Source of the DNA: Candidatus Peribacteria bacterium | Lineage (GTDB): Bacteria > Patescibacteriota > Gracilibacteria > UBA1369 > LOWO2-01-FULL-3 | Length of the DNA: 64,000 nucleotides | Assembly: GCA_943356465.1 (NCBI GenBank) | Contig: CALREX010000004.1 | Location: 112,448 to 176,447, forward strand | Reading direction: 5' to 3' | Shown: piece by piece, positions 31,301-39,420 of the stretch | Layout of the letters: each line of letters begins with the position of its first letter | Position numbering within the stretch: position 1 is the stretch's first letter | Made by a program: the position numbers and the translations under genes | Notes under the pieces: model-generated | Seen by the model: only the letters and a program-made list of their open reading frames with translations | Told to the model about the DNA's origin: nothing | The model's database searches: none

Positions 31301-34097
31301 TATTTCCTGGAGCATCTTTTGGAATGATATAGTTTGTATTTTTTGAAAGCATTTTTCTGGAAATTTCAGAAAGCTTATTGCTTGCAATTCCATACTTACT
31401 GTCAGCTTCATCAAAATCATAAACTATAGTCTCTTTTACTCCGTCCTGTCCGGCTTTACCGTCTTTATCCAGCAAATCTTTCATTTCAAAATCAGCTACC
31501 CCATCATTGTCATTATCAATTCCATCAAAAAGTCCATATCTGTCAGAAAAATCTTTGAGAGTAACTATTTGATTATTAAAATTATTTACAATGATTTGTC
31601 CTGCATCAAGTTTGTCCAGATCAAGCCATGTTTCCTTCTTTCCTGGAGCTTTTGTCGGATCTTTATTGGCGATAGCCGCAGTGAAATTTTTAAAATTATT
31701 TAGCAAATGAGAATAAAATGATCCATCAGTGGTTTCCAAAGAAGGATAAGGTGTAAAACAAGAATTCAAATACGTTTCATCCAGATTTTTAAGATCAAAA
31801 TTTTCAGGGAATTGGAACATTTTCATATGATTTGAATATGTTCCAGTAAATTTTTCAGGGAAAATAAGTTGTGTATTTGGCTTAAAATGAGGCTGATTAT
31901 CCTCATAAGGCAAATCTATACTCTTAAGTCCCTTACTTCCTGCAGGATTAAGAAGAGGCATTAAAGTTTCAGGATAAAAACATCTGTCACTATTTTTTTG
32001 AGTATTCGTCATCGTACATCCGGCAGCAAGATCATTGTTTGAAAGGGGATCATACATCGTAAAAATAGCTCCCATTGTTGGATTATCAAAAACACTTGCT
32101 GGAATATCGCCTTCAAATCCAAGAATTGAAAGAAGAACATAAAGACGCGGATTTCCTAATGGAGCATAAAAATTTGTAGAATAAGTATCAGGCTCAGTAT
32201 CAGTTTTTCCTTTGGCAACAGATACGGAAAATGTAAAATTTTTATTTTGTTTTTGTCCTTCATGATAAAATTCAACACTTATATTCCCGGCTGCAGTTTT
32301 TATATCTGCACCGTGGATGTCATCGTTTGATGGCATAAGTAACTGATATCCAAGCTTCTCTATCTTACTGAAATATTTTTGATTACCCTCGTTAATGACG
32401 GATTTTACAGCATTGTAAGATTCTTCAGCGGCCTGATCCAGAGTATAAGAAGAACTGATTTCCTTGTCGTTGATTTTAGTTATTATGTCTCCTTCTTGAA
32501 GAGGACCAAAAAAATAATTTTTATAATCTATGCTTGCACGATTCGGATTTGGATAAAATGCAGGAATTCCATAATCCGGATTTGAAGCTATCACAGCACC
32601 GCTTGAAGCATTTCCATTTGTAAGTTTTTTTGCTTCATTTTCATTCAAAATCTGCGTGTTAATACCAAAGGTATGAACAGGTATTGCAGTCCTTGGATCA
32701 TCCGAACTCAGTGAACGGGTCAAAATAGAATATTCTTTGCTTCCTGGAACATATGATCCCAAATACACTCCACACTGTTTTGCATTCTGCAATAAATCAT
32801 AATTTATTCCATTCAAATAATGGCTTCCGTTAGCACCTGCGATATATTTTTCGAGATTATACCCATAGTCTATATTAGTACCACTAAAAGTAAGAGCTTG
32901 ACCTGGTTTTCCGCCAAAACTTCCTGAAAGTTTTATCTTAGTGACAAGAGGAAGGGGAGCCTGAATTTTCTCCACAATCTCATTTATTTTTTTCTCAATA
33001 GTGTCATTAAGGAATCTTAGATATGTTTTTGCATACTCATCTTTTGCCGCAACAAGTACAGCCGCAACATCTGCATCTTTTGAGCCATATCGGCCTGTAC
33101 CATCAATGAAATCATGAGCTTGTCCTATGTAGGAAGTAATCACTTTATAATACGGCAAAAGGAATTGATCGATAATCTGCTTCGAAGTAACGTCAGGCAA
33201 ATCCTTCAGAGAATCATCTGATTCTTTGACTCCAGCATCACCACTCGCATCCTTGGAAAGATCCTTTGCTAAGTACTTGTTGTATCTCATGTATGCCAAA
33301 TCTTCCCAGTACAACAAATATTTTAAATAAGATTTATAAACATCAGGATTTATAGACTCCTCTTCATGAGTAAAATCTCCATAAAATATTTTTTTATCAA
33401 AATTTGCATATTCAGGAATACCGGCATAGTACAAATGATTTTTATCAAAGAAATTTGCAAGTTCTTCCTGTCCTGCAATTCCACTAATGTCAGCTTTGAC
33501 TACTCCACCCCAGATTTCAGGCTTGGGGAAGGTCACATTCTGGTCATATTCAAAATTCAAAGTCTTCGTGTCGTATTTATAAGTTTTGTTTTCAAAGTCC
33601 GTATAGGGATACATACTTACAAATTTTTCTCCATTTTTATTAACAACAGGAAGGGGAACATTTCCTACAAGTACTACTCCTGCAAGCCTGTTTTTCTTTT
33701 TCCCGTTTCCCTTGAAATATAAATTTTCAAGTGCATTAGCCAAATCAGCAGTAGTTTGTTTATTTTTGTCGAATAACAAAATCTGAACATCGGTATATTC
33801 GTTGCTGCTTTGAAGGTCTTCTGTATAACGAACAATCCTTTCTCCCAAAGTATTCTCCTTTAGATTATCTGGATATTTATTTTTAAGTCCTGCGTAGGAA
33901 GTTAAGTCCTTATCAAGATCAGAATCAACAACTACAGTAATCAAATCATAAGTATCCTCGAAGCCGCCTGGCTTATCAGCCTTATCTATATTGGTAAGCG
34001 CATAAGCTGTGGGGGCGGACAATATTTCCGTAGACAAAAGCGCGAGTACAGTAAGCCCGCAAAAAAACTTCTGAAAATATATACGAATGAGGTTCAT
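22350..34097 (-). CDS. Giant (3915 aa) secreted surface protein: C25-peptidase-like segments, PDZ-like insert, Ig-like, FG-GAP/VCBS repeats, DUF11-like, Cys-rich and Pro-rich regions, PKD-like, SLH anchors
   Basis: Uninterrupted 11.7 kb ORF. Signal peptide …TAYA|L. FG-GAP DFNGDGKDDILL, DSNNDGYDDLVV, DMNKDGCDDLV. KTALDVNGNTVASGDKIEFTITLEN. SLH-like IIDG…LKPDDLVNRSQFVKIL and LIDGY…FKPENTINLAEAVKII. DTDGGGTDDATELKNGTD Ca-binding motif. Confidence 0.85.
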   Translation of the reverse strand: MNLIRIYFQKFFCGLTVLALLSTEILSAPTAYALTNIDKADKPGGFEDTYDLITVVVDSDLDKDLTSYAGLKNKYPDNLKENTLGERIVRYTEDLQSSNEYTDVQILLFDKNKQTTADLANALENLYFKGNGKKKNRLAGVVLVGNVPLPVVNKNGEKFVSMYPYTDFENKTYKYDTKTLNFEYDQNVTFPKPEIWGGVVKADISGIAGQEELANFFDKNHLYYAGIPEYANFDKKIFYGDFTHEEESINPDVYKSYLKYLLYWEDLAYMRYNKYLAKDLSKDASGDAGVKESDDSLKDLPDVTSKQIIDQFLLPYYKVITSYIGQAHDFIDGTGRYGSKDADVAAVLVAAKDEYAKTYLRFLNDTIEKKINEIVEKIQAPLPLVTKIKLSGSFGGKPGQALTFSGTNIDYGYNLEKYIAGANGSHYLNGINYDLLQNAKQCGVYLGSYVPGSKEYSILTRSLSSDDPRTAIPVHTFGINTQILNENEAKKLTNGNASSGAVIASNPDYGIPAFYPNPNRASIDYKNYFFGPLQEGDIITKINDKEISSSYTLDQAAEESYNAVKSVINEGNQKYFSKIEKLGYQLLMPSNDDIHGADIKTAAGNISVEFYHEGQKQNKNFTFSVSVAKGKTDTEPDTYSTNFYAPLGNPRLYVLLSILGFEGDIPASVFDNPTMGAIFTMYDPLSNNDLAAGCTMTNTQKNSDRCFYPETLMPLLNPAGSKGLKSIDLPYEDNQPHFKPNTQLIFPEKFTGTYSNHMKMFQFPENFDLKNLDETYLNSCFTPYPSLETTDGSFYSHLLNNFKNFTAAIANKDPTKAPGKKETWLDLDKLDAGQIIVNNFNNQIVTLKDFSDRYGLFDGIDNDNDGVADFEMKDLLDKDGKAGQDGVKETIVYDFDEADSKYGIASNKLSEISRKMLSKNTNYIIPKDAPGNNYKADITLNVSVSAYKNKDGTDKKLSSAVIHNEPTNYTILSQVNAQSTLDLPIDNPRYVAFVSQPADKALNGNTQKIYYPNVFDTENVAQIKVKLDAVAWQIAKIPGSEILADGNKDLIAIHDAVMAKYLSPIIIDGEKDDSPDGFILNAASAQKIYDALSWRALGMDEKHNYILSRYLNPDKDGYVGDSVNGYEASYLVLNGAKDSFKTNFNSKGGLVKKADGGVEIGKTSLPGGTDQTGAGGSNSQPPNATTSKDGESDFEFVDLKDFLKDVDKFLKYFDSKPNFKPVCINPNPLDIGGKEEKKAGEQSIPDDKGLADALGGNATEFLDAVSIEMVPDSTVLVSNGQSKTKMNVIFKDKNGKKVNTYAKATIKTDDKISIDPKVDEFQNIDGIQVSSFEGSVSFDIYSKNSVGSSTISAYLIDDNFEKVNGTETAKIINIVDNLSLTLAANKYSIKAQLTKNGEIVSGYSGPIEFKVLNSTFGQFVPSAPVKMTNGSAPEAVFQPYSTAFGNAEIYVNVPGFASGSIILNIPKTQEQAQKEEEQKDTSYKYNYEKVAGFNAKSLYISLLGGDFGNPETEKNIAQGFLQNGYVQAVSAETQTPSNTKKLVAIDGYGKVDILSDDISANVLPVSDSSQNAQKISFENINTKETLAEASIAMAKDINIEATMLSDDSDYKLEKKSDGFYLTQGIDTKVKISNDGKISINDKSFELRLPLKDDTFEAHEFSLVITKDSQDFALIEFKGEKEVKFTLLSGDTKYDFASFFSRASTSEPKGLYLLDKDTLTTPFSENTGAGFKYKNKNMLYFSAGNSVGESSIPYGSEYGIIYGDPNVRVGKNWLTDLVSKFSGYTKDIGSPLFQGEDEVYKMINFDFNGDGKDDILLAYEDGHVRLLEYEGGHKKFRDKGYILNVASGIYSIAKIDSNNDGYDDLVVGPKEPCKANEKCVSLYMNNATTFERKPLNLNIDGKIYEMKGYDMNKDGCDDLVTSDASANVRIFYNKNDGKSCKGLETNYGNSFNFGYGINADTDMKNNLFVYLPGMENLSPNPDGVTQDFVEFGALDNDEFKKDNKQYKFKPISKIPEFTSSTKTALDVNGNTVASGDKIEFTITLENKSGSNLNGVMVSDLTPLTMTLQQDSLKCADTNCTDKLEWIDSGMSLRSKLIKNISVPANGKRTIKYTSTVDLIPSINFDIGYDFGGYEKDKYPDIRVRPSINPNGDIIYLYSKGIGDQYVNYEKKVIKSSGKGLGDEYDKEFKKNGLPSPKDLIKTIGTSGIPNSIKNSLTGMVQSNSADKDNNGCPDLWQTIKQLDFKSMGDSVYNAAQTFSNFKCSGGGCLPIPYNYAFLAPSGATPGYPVISFGTPNPPYFAFFLPSNSVSSVRLYISPTLTMGLGTAVCVGPTGAAGMCYATSIPPSLLGGCPNFLQDINDAVAKAKNVFVDPDIGTSTVTSNGDASTGTDAISMGNSYSSDTLPISAASKVNVRIPGFPSVITNWLDKEADEIYNKLLDFPDIYLIIPDFGQLGAKFAAAGKNFKKIKSVNDFLRAVNSIPFIQIEGKEILIKVPALTQAEIEKWKRQASLWVDFEGKEIDRVTQYWKCDENNYRKTLCDKVTVNLKSYVTSIKTLMDKLDKIAKLPSEILKLRSLETKYATQIICYMDSVMQFMGGYIKRQNKIAASWTKAIADAIKTFKNWHAIFDLSIDYEKSCNECNKSDRFSKLGLLLSLFVNIPDPPVIPLPKWPDIVFDVSQIKTGVHIVWPDIVFKPESINLPNLPTITLPEVIPDDYTLDISKIFGDTKFDIPDWIKNFPEFVMPNIPDLPNLAFPNLPDLPRPPKIPKLPDATLKIVASLKKVIKILCLLKKGLVPILETSLATEIETLTQPSAQSILPILKQFSLQMPAIQYDYVDQIKVEAKLNFGIDTSFIYYIAKLGADKMNEQTKKIVDGINKFTGLPFQTFVNNLVKKLTEAAAEKAKEAVKKGVSGVEDTTKKALDDVKDAVKKQTAIPEVFVQLNNELKIFSDEINKYVSSADLDKNYPEKFYLTATESVLKKDNPIFNKKLSDIKDLNIDSFTDYPEMEKMYAIRNSMLAYANDLNQSNNDVLSKINNYDEFMKFIAEDESKKNLFVDNTLQKIDLSVDHKQQIKGSLFTDETKEKMIALEPSDASKIDPVSADSGGAPKGFYIVADGKNESVLNYTSELGSFVNTLFIDSDGDSDKDIVLSMGGEVYLKLNYKETPKSKKGDIYVSSSNSAVSDYILKNGVNFISYYPMYEAPLCSDKEPPLPAISQTTFNVPIFQSFVLDAENSFDANGKVTEYSIEMLPFESDKKNVTQFPKLIWSDVNLSIDEDGDGNPTNDKSNPKFNIGPFVNEGDIGMHYAILNVVDASGNSSSEKITINVFAPKISLDKPLERTPIASGKVDPSLAKFPFSLMRERYVYRSVDGNLTLVPKLEKIKTSSADKDGKYKTDDDGSYNIKDFSLDDMILIEDENGKIIAKINPKTGSIGELADGYEVKINTANKSNMASTSLTIIDKNGYTEATVYIVGDANTDINSSNLYGTNVIDLNPNDGIDVKILPVDNKFNPGGATIVDSKNNILFAAIEPSGNITVLDNRLKAMKKTNDYTKDPLVMNLIVDEKVVAEVHVNNTITAKIVGAKDVPFAKTSNANTLEKSANAFVSPFADFGNLSSDLKKIANDLYEKDIIDGIKSENGVYLKPDDLVNRSQFVKILLKMLCIEPRPEAYKPYSADEAHGGFSDIQYKQPLDWFYPYIKEAALRALIDGYRGESDAKNLHPFKPENTINLAEAVKIILGALQMENVINVDKVRIGIPWYVNFMQAAQNLTKYLSQNKAIKNNFIVTTDEAKTPEKAMTRGDLFILAGRVLDVYNCFENKPIAKDTDGGGTDDATELKNGTDIFDPSDDKSQVTTEFTKKESVPGIYVVPGECNTCPCKSTISNSSMILPTDRFFTIISNKDDNYIFSKSNSIDVVK

Positions 34098-34222
34098 AAA
34101 AACGGTTCTTCTAATTCAAAAATATACCATAAAAAACTCAACAAAAACAATTACCCAAAGCCAAAAAATCGACTTTTTGAAAAACTTTCAGTTGACGGAT
34201 TTTCCCAAGGTTTTTTACCACC

Positions 34223-34250
34223 AAAAAAGGCCTCCATAAGGAAGCCTTTT
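34223..34250 (-). terminator. Intrinsic terminator after the pilin gene
   Basis: Minus strand aaaaggcttcc-ttat-ggaggcc-tttttt, ~22 bp after the pilin stop. Confidence 0.75.
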
Positions 34251-34272
34251 AGAAAGTGAGATCAGATCAGAA

Positions 34273-34788
34273 TTACTGAGTCAATATAGCATAACACCAC
34301 TCTGGAGCAGTTTCATTAGTAATCGCAGTTATAGTTCCAGCAATAGCGGCTGTACAAGTACTATTTGCTTTCTCCTTCTGCTCAACTTTAGCATAAAGTC
34401 CAAACTTATAAGAAGCGCTTGGATCTTTTTTGTAATAGTACCCACCACCATTACAAGTAGCAACAGCAGCATATACGGAATCTGTTGTCTGAGGATCGGT
34501 TGGCAACTTACCCCCAAACTCAGCTGCAAATGCAGGAATCCATGTAGTATTTGGAGCAAGATACCCAGTAGCAAGTCCGCTGGCTATACATCCAGTAGTG
34601 GAAGGATAATCCTTTCCTCCCAAATTAGCATTTACCAAAACTTTTTGTATTTTTTGTAAGTCAGCAATTCTTGCTACATCCCTTCCTTTCGCAGGTGCGC
34701 CAAGAATACTTGGTAGGAAAGCGACAGCCAAAATACCGATTATCGCAATAACAATCAAAAGCTCAATGAGGGTGAAACCTTTTTTCAT
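34273..34788 (-). CDS. Type IV pilin / pseudopilin (probable major pilin)
   Basis: Class III signal MKKG|FTLIELLIVIAIIGILA. GRDVARIADL, LPTDP, four Cys. Followed by its own terminator. Confidence 0.93.
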   Translation of the reverse strand: MKKGFTLIELLIVIAIIGILAVAFLPSILGAPAKGRDVARIADLQKIQKVLVNANLGGKDYPSTTGCIASGLATGYLAPNTTWIPAFAAEFGGKLPTDPQTTDSVYAAVATCNGGGYYYKKDPSASYKFGLYAKVEQKEKANSTCTAAIAGTITAITNETAPEWCYAILTQ

Positions 34789-34866
34789 AGGAAAATGAGT
34801 TAAATTTAAATAAAGGAATTTCTATTCACAAGCATAGTCTCAGTGCAAAAAAAATTCAAGATTATT

Positions 34867-36138
34867 TTATATTGCACCAGCGATATTTGAAAGTTTCATG
34901 ATTGGAAGCATGATCGCGGCAACAACAGTTCCTACTGTAACACCAATGAAAATCAAGATTACAGGTTCTATGATTTTTGAAATTCCTGCAACAGCAGTAT
35001 CCAGTTCATTTTCATAAAAATCCGCAACTTTCGCCATGATTTCATCAAGTTGAGCAGTCTTTTCTCCTACATCAATCATGCTGATCAGCATTGGAGGAAA
35101 AAGATCATTGTCATTTAGATTTTCAGCCAATGGAATACCTTGTTTTATGTCTTCCATCGCAAGGAGAAGCTTTTTTCTGAATACTTCATTCCCGATAGAA
35201 TTCGCCGTAATTTCCATAGTTTTCACTATAGAAATATTACTGTCCAAAAGATTACTCAAAGATCTGGCAAATCTCGCAAGATAAGCCTCTCTGAATAATT
35301 TTCCGAAAATAGGTATTGAAATCTTTGTTTTATCAATCGCATATTTTCCAAAATCAGTTTTACTGATAAGCATATAAGCTCCAACCAAAAGCAAAATACC
35401 GGCAACTAAAATAAATTTTTGATTTATGAAAAAATCACTCAATGCAACTACAATTTTTGTAATCAAAGGAAGCTCGGCTCCACTGGAAGTGAAAAGTTCC
35501 TGCAATTTTGGTATTACAAGTACCAACATGGCGATAACAACACCTATAAGCAAAGTAAAAACCACAGTAGGGTACATCATTGCGCCTTTTACTTTACCTG
35601 TAATAGCATGAGCTTTTTCAACATCTTTAGCCAGATTATCCAAAACTCTGGAAAGCTGTCCCGAAGCCTCTCCGGACTCAATCATTCCGATTTCCTGATC
35701 TGCAAAAATTTCTGGATAAGTCAGCATGGATTCAGACAAACTTTGTCCTGATTCGATATCACTCGCAATACCATTTATAACCATTTGAAGTTTTGGTTCG
35801 TTTGCACTCTGCGTAATAAGTGAATGCAAAGCCTTAACCATGGGCATTCCGGCATTTATCATAACTGAAAGAAGATGATAAAACGTAGCTTTTGCCTCAA
35901 GACTTATAGAAGAATGACTTATAAAATAATAATTTATCTTTCTGAAAGTATCGACTATAGGATTTCCGGTAAGAGAAACTTCACCAAAAGTTCTCTTTTC
36001 AAGTGTTATAATTCCGGTCTTATCTTCTTGAATATTCAAAACCACATTTTCGGCTTTATTTAGAGCCTTTTTGCCACTGGAAAGTTTGAATGATTCAGTT
36101 CCTTCGGTAGCGAAATTTGTTTTTGCAGTTTCTGCCAT
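34867..36138 (-). CDS. pilC: Type IV pilus platform protein PilC/GspF
   Basis: LSVMINAGMPM, GEASGQL, GAMMYP, LARFARSLSNLL, GEKTAQLDEIM, IIEPVIL. Confidence 0.93.
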   Translation of the reverse strand: MAETAKTNFATEGTESFKLSSGKKALNKAENVVLNIQEDKTGIITLEKRTFGEVSLTGNPIVDTFRKINYYFISHSSISLEAKATFYHLLSVMINAGMPMVKALHSLITQSANEPKLQMVINGIASDIESGQSLSESMLTYPEIFADQEIGMIESGEASGQLSRVLDNLAKDVEKAHAITGKVKGAMMYPTVVFTLLIGVVIAMLVLVIPKLQELFTSSGAELPLITKIVVALSDFFINQKFILVAGILLLVGAYMLISKTDFGKYAIDKTKISIPIFGKLFREAYLARFARSLSNLLDSNISIVKTMEITANSIGNEVFRKKLLLAMEDIKQGIPLAENLNDNDLFPPMLISMIDVGEKTAQLDEIMAKVADFYENELDTAVAGISKIIEPVILIFIGVTVGTVVAAIMLPIMKLSNIAGAI

Positions 36139-36139
36139 T

Positions 36140-37540
36140 TTATTCTGATTTACGTGCTACACGATATACTTCTTCAATAGTTGTTTTACCTTGAAGAGCC
36201 TTCACAATACCTGCCTGTTCAAGAGTGACCATGCCGTTTTCCTGAGCAGCTGCTTGTATATCAATCATACTGCCATTATCAGAAAGCAATTTTCTGATTT
36301 TATTATTCATTCTTAATACTTCATAAAGACCTATACGTCCTTGATATCCGATATGATTACATTCATCACATCCTACAGCATCATAAAATTTCATACCTTT
36401 AAGAAGTTCGGGTTCTATTTCTCCTTCAGCCTTCATTTCTGACATAGCCTTTTTTATCATCTCTAGAGTTTCCGGACTGACTACAGCCTCTTTTTTACAC
36501 TTTTGACAAACTTGCCTTACAAGTCTTTGTGCGATGATAAGTTCCAGAGAAGATATTAAAAGATATGGCTGTATACCCATATTTATAAGACGAGTCAAAG
36601 ATTCAACGGCGCTATTCGTATGAAGTGTTGAAAACACGAGATGTCCTGTAAGTGAAGCTTCAATAGCTGTATCAGCAGTTTCTTTGTCACGTATTTCTCC
36701 AACCATTATAATATTTGGATCTTGACGAAGTGCGGCCCTCATCCCCATCGCAAATGAATAATTGATGTCATGATGAACCTGACTTTGATTAAGGCCATCA
36801 AGCTGAATTTCCACCGGATCCTCAATAGTAAGAATATTTACATCAGTAGTGTTTAATTTACTTAGACAAGAATAAAGAGTGGTCGTCTTACCTGATCCGG
36901 TAGGACCTGTGTTTATAATAATTCCATTTGGGGCGGAAAGAGCGGCAGTAAGATTTTTGAGTGATGTTCCTGTGATTCCAAGTTCTGAAAGATCCGGAAT
37001 TTTTCTGGATTTATCCTGTATACGCATAACGATCTTTTCCCCGTTTACAGTAGGTAAAGTTGAAACACGGAGATCCATCTGTTTTCCTTCTTTTGTTGTA
37101 ACATCCGCACGTCCATCTTGAGGAATACGTTGTTCGTCAATTTTCAAATTCGACATGATTTTTATTCTCGAAACAACCGCAGGATGCAGATTTGTAGGAT
37201 ATTCAACTACATGTCGTAAAACTCCATCAATTCTATATCTCAAACGAACCCTGTTTTGTAGAGGTTCGATATGTATATCACTGGATCTCAAATCAAGTGC
37301 ATACGAAATCGCAAGCATAACCATTTGTGGAATGTTTGCGGCCAAAATAGCATCCTTCAGCTGTTTTAGCTTTTCGCTTTCAGGTGGTTGAGTAGCATCT
37401 TTGACTGGAGGAGCCACTACAGCAGTGACAGGTGCAACAACAGGAGCAGCCTGCAAAGGTTGTGGCTGGGTCACGACTGGAGTTACTGTAGGAACCGGTT
37501 GTTGATTGTTTGTATTATCCACTTTATCTGAAATATGCAT
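36140..37540 (-). CDS. pilB: Type IV pilus assembly ATPase PilB/GspE, with no N-terminal MshEN/N1 domain
   Basis: SSDIHIEP, RYRIDGVL, RIPQDG, Walker A GPTGSGKTT, TIEDPVE, LRQDPNIIMVGEIRD, STLHTN, tetra-Cys CQKC…CDEC. Confidence 0.93.
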   Translation of the reverse strand: MHISDKVDNTNNQQPVPTVTPVVTQPQPLQAAPVVAPVTAVVAPPVKDATQPPESEKLKQLKDAILAANIPQMVMLAISYALDLRSSDIHIEPLQNRVRLRYRIDGVLRHVVEYPTNLHPAVVSRIKIMSNLKIDEQRIPQDGRADVTTKEGKQMDLRVSTLPTVNGEKIVMRIQDKSRKIPDLSELGITGTSLKNLTAALSAPNGIIINTGPTGSGKTTTLYSCLSKLNTTDVNILTIEDPVEIQLDGLNQSQVHHDINYSFAMGMRAALRQDPNIIMVGEIRDKETADTAIEASLTGHLVFSTLHTNSAVESLTRLINMGIQPYLLISSLELIIAQRLVRQVCQKCKKEAVVSPETLEMIKKAMSEMKAEGEIEPELLKGMKFYDAVGCDECNHIGYQGRIGLYEVLRMNNKIRKLLSDNGSMIDIQAAAQENGMVTLEQAGIVKALQGKTTIEEVYRVARKSE

Positions 37541-38141
37541 TAATTTGTACCGAGAAATTTATGATTTCCTCTTTTTTACCGGAAAGATCACTGTTATTTT
37601 CAAAATTTAATCTCACTGAAGAAACATCCATAAGTCTCACTTTGTCAGCCAAAGATCCGGAAGTTTCTATGTAATGCAGAAATTTTTCAAAATTAGCCTT
37701 AGAGCTCCTTATGCTCATTCTAAGGGGCAAAATTGAGTAATTATCTTTTTTTACAACGCTTTGATATTCGATATTTGAAACTTCAAAAACACTATCTTTG
37801 GTAGAAAGCTTTTGCTCGAATGTATCAAATTTTCTTGTAAGTTCAGTATAAGCATCAGAGGAAGGAAATACTTCTATAAGATTTGCTTCTATTTCGGATT
37901 TTAGTTGATTTATAGAATTTTTTTTGGATTCGAATAAAGCTTTTTCATTTGCCCCTTGTTCCTTTAGAGCGGCAATATACGAAGTGTTTTTATCAACAAA
38001 AGTAGTTATTGTTGAATACTCCTGCCATTTTGTATAAGTAAAAAATCCGAATGCTATCAACAAAATTCCACATAAGATGGCATAAGACTTTACTTGAGCA
38101 TCTTCCCTTTTTGTAGCTAGTAAATAAGATAGATTTGGCAT
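37524..38141 (-). CDS. PilO-like alignment subunit
   Basis: Single TM, coiled coil, ferredoxin-like C-terminus (FEKFLHYIET…RLMDVSSV…INAYF). Lies upstream of pilB. Confidence 0.7.
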   Translation of the reverse strand: MPNLSYLLATKREDAQVKSYAILCGILLIAFGFFTYTKWQEYSTITTFVDKNTSYIAALKEQGANEKALFESKKNSINQLKSEIEANLIEVFPSSDAYTELTRKFDTFEQKLSTKDSVFEVSNIEYQSVVKKDNYSILPLRMSIRSSKANFEKFLHYIETSGSLADKVRLMDVSSVRLNFENNSDLSGKKEEIINFSVQINAYFR

Positions 38142-38143
38142 AA

Positions 38144-39346
38144 TTATTTTTTATCTTTTAGGTTTAATGAAAGTTTCAAACTTGCAGTATATCCATCATC
38201 AAGTGATCCGGATTTAGAGAAAGAACGCATCTCCGCATTACTGAAAAGAGTCGAATTATTTAAAGAATCTATCAAGTCAGTAATAAGTGTGAAATTTGTG
38301 GTATCAAATATTTTTGTTTCTCCATTGATGGAAAGTTTTTTCGATTCACTGTCGAAATCGTAGCTTGTATATCTGATGCCTCCAAGTTGGTTGTAGACAT
38401 CTTGATTATAGCTTGTGTCTACAGCCATTGTGCGCAAATTGATTTCATTTATTATGTCAGACCATCTTATTCTTTTATTTTTAATTTGTTGAATAACATT
38501 TAAATCATTGACGACAATTGAATTCACTTTATTCACAAGTTTGTATAAATCTTCATCTTTAAGGGAATCAAAATCAGTGGATTGAATAAGATTTTTCAAT
38601 TCAGAGTTTGAAATAAGTGCAACAATTTGTATGTAATTTTTGTAATCTCTCTTTGCCTGCATGTCAGTTGAATCTTTTAATTCTGCGGCTTTTGTATTCA
38701 ATTTATCAATAAGTTTTTGCTGAAAAAGAGTCATAGTATCTTGAGTAGATGCATCTGTCGTATAGAGCGGAGCATCAAATTCTTTTGAAAAAATATCTTT
38801 TGCAGCGATAAAACTTTTCTTCAGTTCAGGCTTTGCGCTGGCTATTTTTTCTCCTGCTGAAGATTTTTCTGCCTGAGTTGAAGTCTTGGTATTAAAAATT
38901 TCATAATTTTGAGCAAATGCATCTCCGTAGTATCCAAATTCATCAAGATATCCTTTTAACAAAAGATATTTGTTGAAATTAAGTTCAGTTTTAAGTGAAA
39001 TTATATCAGTATTGTCATTTGCTAGCTGTTTTGTAAGGCTTGTGTATCCCAAAGGGGATGAAACAAGGCTAAAAACATCTGTCAAAGTTACCACAAAAAA
39101 GACGATTGCAACCAAGAAAGCTCCTACAATCCCCACAAATCCATATTTTAAAATAGTTAGCAAGCCACTTTGTTGAGGAACAACATCTTTAAGCAGGGAA
39201 AAATCTATAGTTGGAGCATCTTCAAGAAGCTTGCCTTCAGGTGCATTGGATGACGTCAGGTTCTTAAGAATATCAGAACTTCCATCTTTTTTATCACCTT
39301 TAGAGTCCAAAGGGTTTACAAGATTTGGAGTTACCGAATTTTCCAT
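38144..39346 (-). CDS. PilN-like protein with an extended coiled coil
   Basis: TM helix. C-terminal RIRWSDIINEI…LSINGET…LIDSLNNSTLFSNAEM resembles the PilN domain. Lies upstream of the pilO-like gene. Confidence 0.62.
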   Translation of the reverse strand: MENSVTPNLVNPLDSKGDKKDGSSDILKNLTSSNAPEGKLLEDAPTIDFSLLKDVVPQQSGLLTILKYGFVGIVGAFLVAIVFFVVTLTDVFSLVSSPLGYTSLTKQLANDNTDIISLKTELNFNKYLLLKGYLDEFGYYGDAFAQNYEIFNTKTSTQAEKSSAGEKIASAKPELKKSFIAAKDIFSKEFDAPLYTTDASTQDTMTLFQQKLIDKLNTKAAELKDSTDMQAKRDYKNYIQIVALISNSELKNLIQSTDFDSLKDEDLYKLVNKVNSIVVNDLNVIQQIKNKRIRWSDIINEINLRTMAVDTSYNQDVYNQLGGIRYTSYDFDSESKKLSINGETKIFDTTNFTLITDLIDSLNNSTLFSNAEMRSFSKSGSLDDGYTASLKLSLNLKDKK

Positions 39347-39420
39347 TTAGTTTTTGTATTTATTTTTATATCAAAATATTATACCAAATTTAAGGTAAAA
39401 CGTAAAGGGTAAAAGACTAT

